Origin: Phoronis australis
Lineage: Eukaryota > Animalia > Phoronida
Direction of reading: 5' to 3'
Assembly (NCBI GenBank): GCA_002633005.1
Contig: NMRA01000120.1
Span: 858,353-922,352, forward strand
Length of the DNA stretch: 64,000 nt
The position numbers were made by a program, and so were the translations under genes. Positions within the stretch are counted from its first letter, which is position 1, and each line of letters starts with the position of its first letter. Shown here piece by piece: positions 61,133-64,000 of the stretch. The notes under the pieces are model-generated. The model saw nothing but the letters and a program-made list of their open reading frames with translations. It had not been told where the DNA came from and made no database searches.

Positions 61133-63419
61133 GGCCCGGTCTCCAATCTCCGCACTCAGACTCAACCTCATACTCGAGATTTCATACTCAAAATCGTGCT
61201 CACTGGAGTCGTACTCAAAAAAGCGTATCTAATGTCGTATTTCGAGTAGACTCCAAACGTACTCAAATCTGACACTCATACTGAGTTGCTATGGAACTCT
61301 TTATGATGTGAAATGCAAAGTCACGCAAAGCCGCGCTGATTCATCGCTCCCTATTGGAATAGACCACCCCAAGAACTAGGCCTACATTATCGTCTGCTGT
61401 CGCTACAACTACAAGAGTATGTCTATAACGTGGAATTATGAGTGTTCTGTAACTGTTATTCATTTTTTGGTTTCAATAAATGTTCTTATGCCATTTCTTT
61501 GATAGATTTGGCAATTATTAAGCTTTACTTCTTGATTTCGTCACCCAGTCCCGAAAATGTCTTAAGAAATATGTAACAGCTTACCACATCACATCTCTGT
61601 TGCTAATTTAGTCTTGACATAAAAGCCATTGCTGTGTAGGCCTACGCTGATGTCAAACTTTAATACGGTATCTTTGTATTTTACCGGGATGTATCAAGTG
61701 AGTTGACATTTGGCACGTGATTTAAAAACAATACTTGTGCAGGCATTCAGAGTTCACCAGTGGCAGTGAACGGGACGAGACGTCTACTTAGAAATCGGCA
61801 AACAAAATCTGGAATTCCATTTGGGGATTGAGGAATTATAGATGACTACGTTATGATGAAAAATGTACCTGACAGGGAAGCGAACTGTTTTTAACTTCCC
61901 TCCCCTCCTCGTCTTTTGGAAACCCTACAAAACGTAGGCACACATACCGAAATAAGGACAGCGCAAACTTCTCACACGACTTTTCCCAGAACTGCTTTCG
62001 ACGCTTGTTATGACTCGCCGACAAGCGATTACATACCAAACTTGAAATTTGAGCATAGACTCCGAATTTTTACTCAAAATCGTACTCGAAATATATTTCA
62101 AGTTTGGTATGGCAGTGTGCTTGAAATCGTACTCGAAAATAAATACGAGTCAGAGAACAAAATATCGAAAGGGAACCAAGAAATACAGCAAATCTAAAAA
62201 AATAAGTCCTCTTACCGTATCTCAGCACTTCAATTTCAGTTCAGAGATAATAGTTTTCATCTTAAATCTTCTTATTCTTCACCTTATTAACCCGCCATAT
62301 CACTGTATTTTATGCCCGCCATTCTACCTATGGCAACAGGCGCATTGTAATCATCGAAAGTGAACCAAGAAACACAGCAAATCTAAAAAATAAGTCCTCT
62401 TCCCGTATCTCAGCACTTCAATTTCAGTTAAGAGATAATAGTTTTCATCTTAAATCTTCTTATTCTTCACCTTATTAACCCGCCGTATCACTGTATTTTA
62501 TGGCCGCCATTCTACCTCTACAATTCCTGGCAACAACGCATTATAATCCCTTGTCGGCGAGTCATAACAAGCGTCGAAAGCAGTTGTGGGAAAAGTCGTG
62601 TGAGAAGTTTGTGCTGCTCTTATTTCAGTATGTGTGCCTACGTTTTGTAAGGTTTCCAAAAGACGAGGAGGGGAGGGAAGTTTAAAAAGTTCGCTTCCCT
62701 GTCAGGTACATTTATCATCATAACTTAGTCATCTATAATTCCTTAATCCCCAAATGGAACTCCAGATTTTGTTTGCCGATTTCTAAGTAGACGTCTCGTC
62801 CGGTTCACTGCCTGCACACGTATTGTTTTTTAACTCACGTGCCAAATGTCAACTCACTTGATACATCCCGGTTAAGTACAAAGATACAGTATCAAAGTTT
62901 GACATCAGCGTAGGCCTAAACAGCAATGGGTTTATGTCAAGACTGAATTAGCAACAGAGATGTAATGTAATAAGCTGTTACATATTTCTTAAGACATTTT
63001 CAGGACTAGGTGAGGAATTCAAGAAGTAAAAATAATTGCCAAATGTATCAAAGAAATGGCATAAGAATATTTATTGAAACTAAAAAATGAATAATAATTA
63101 CAGAACACTCAGAATTCCACGTTATAGACATACTCTTGTAGTTGTATCGACAGCAGACGATAATGTAGGCCTAGTTCTTGGGGTGGTCTATTACTATAGG
63201 GAGCGATGAATCAGCGCGGCTTTGCGTGATTTTGCATTTCACATCATAAAGAAGTTCCATAGCAACTCGAGTATGAGAGTCAGGTTTGAGTACGTTTGGA
63301 GTCTACTCGAAATACGACATTAGATACGCTTTTTTGAGTACGACTCCAGTGAGCACGATTTTGAGTATGAAATCTCGAGTATGAGTATGAGTCTGAGTAC
63401 GGAGATTGGAGACCGGGCC
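61133..63419. mobile_element. PIF/Harbinger-like foldback element with inverted arms of about 0.9 kb
   Basis: CTG TSD (61130-61132 and 63420-63422); GGCCCGGTCTCC termini; 61133-~62030 is the reverse complement of ~62543-63419; central tandem duplication of about 190 bp; no transposase. Confidence 0.85.
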
Positions 63420-64000
63420 CTGGTCGATTTAACTAGTGTGTTATTCATACAGGACAGTAGGCCTAACGTAAACAAGAGCCAGCGACATTAGGAAGATGCA
63501 ATCCGAAAGGGGCAACCACAATTTTCTGGGATTCACATTTCTTGAATATGAATTTTAAGCACCCGATTTGTCTGTACAACAGACCACATGTACACTCCCT
63601 CCATCAGTCATGTCAGCTTGTTTGGGTAAAGTGCTGCTTGTTGAGAAATCTACCAGCCAATCAGAAACGCCAGTGGAAAAAAATCCTGAGGAAAATTAAG
63701 TGATCATACCAGGCTTGCTAGCTACCACCCAGCGTCAGGGAGGGAACCAGCGAGGTCGTGACGGTTGCTCGCAAAAATGGGACTCATTTCGGATGTAATG
63801 TGGTCCAAAACGTTCTCGTCGTTACTTCTAGCCAAATTTTCAAATCAGCCGTGCTTAAATGAGTGATTACACCTTTTCGGTGATTAACTTAACGAAACTT
63901 TTTATCTTGTTATATTTTTCCGTGTTAACGTTATTGCATTTTAAACAATTTGTGGACTGGTAATATTGATGAATTATCAACCACGATACATTCATCAAAT

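Overview
This is AT-rich, intron-containing animal genomic DNA with two assembly gaps (5934-6411 and 39285-40170); the taxon cannot be fixed from the sequence. Most short ORFs in the track are noise. One large minus-strand multi-exon gene dominates, running from a candidate ATG at about 53197 to beyond the left edge. Manual splicing with GT-AG sites and matching phases gives a two-exon signal peptide, then four Ig domains of two exons each that resemble the Ig1-4 'horseshoe' of L1CAM/neuroglian/hemolin (Ig3 has lost both cysteines). Instead of Ig5-6 and FN3 domains, these are followed by a tandem array of single-exon, phase 1-1 Sushi/CCP-like domains: 17 intact, 1 cut by a gap and 1 stop-containing pseudo-exon, in five subtypes. 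The array appears to have grown by exon and multi-exon cassette duplication, and 17 of its 19 exons have weak donors. It is therefore a candidate variable-length, alternatively spliced adhesion or recognition receptor. The 3' end (TM segment, stop codon) is outside the window. Introns and flanks contain a Kolobok-like TTAA element, hAT remnants and MITEs, an LTR-like segment, a Helentron/DINE-like element, a Harbinger-like foldback element and tandem repeats.
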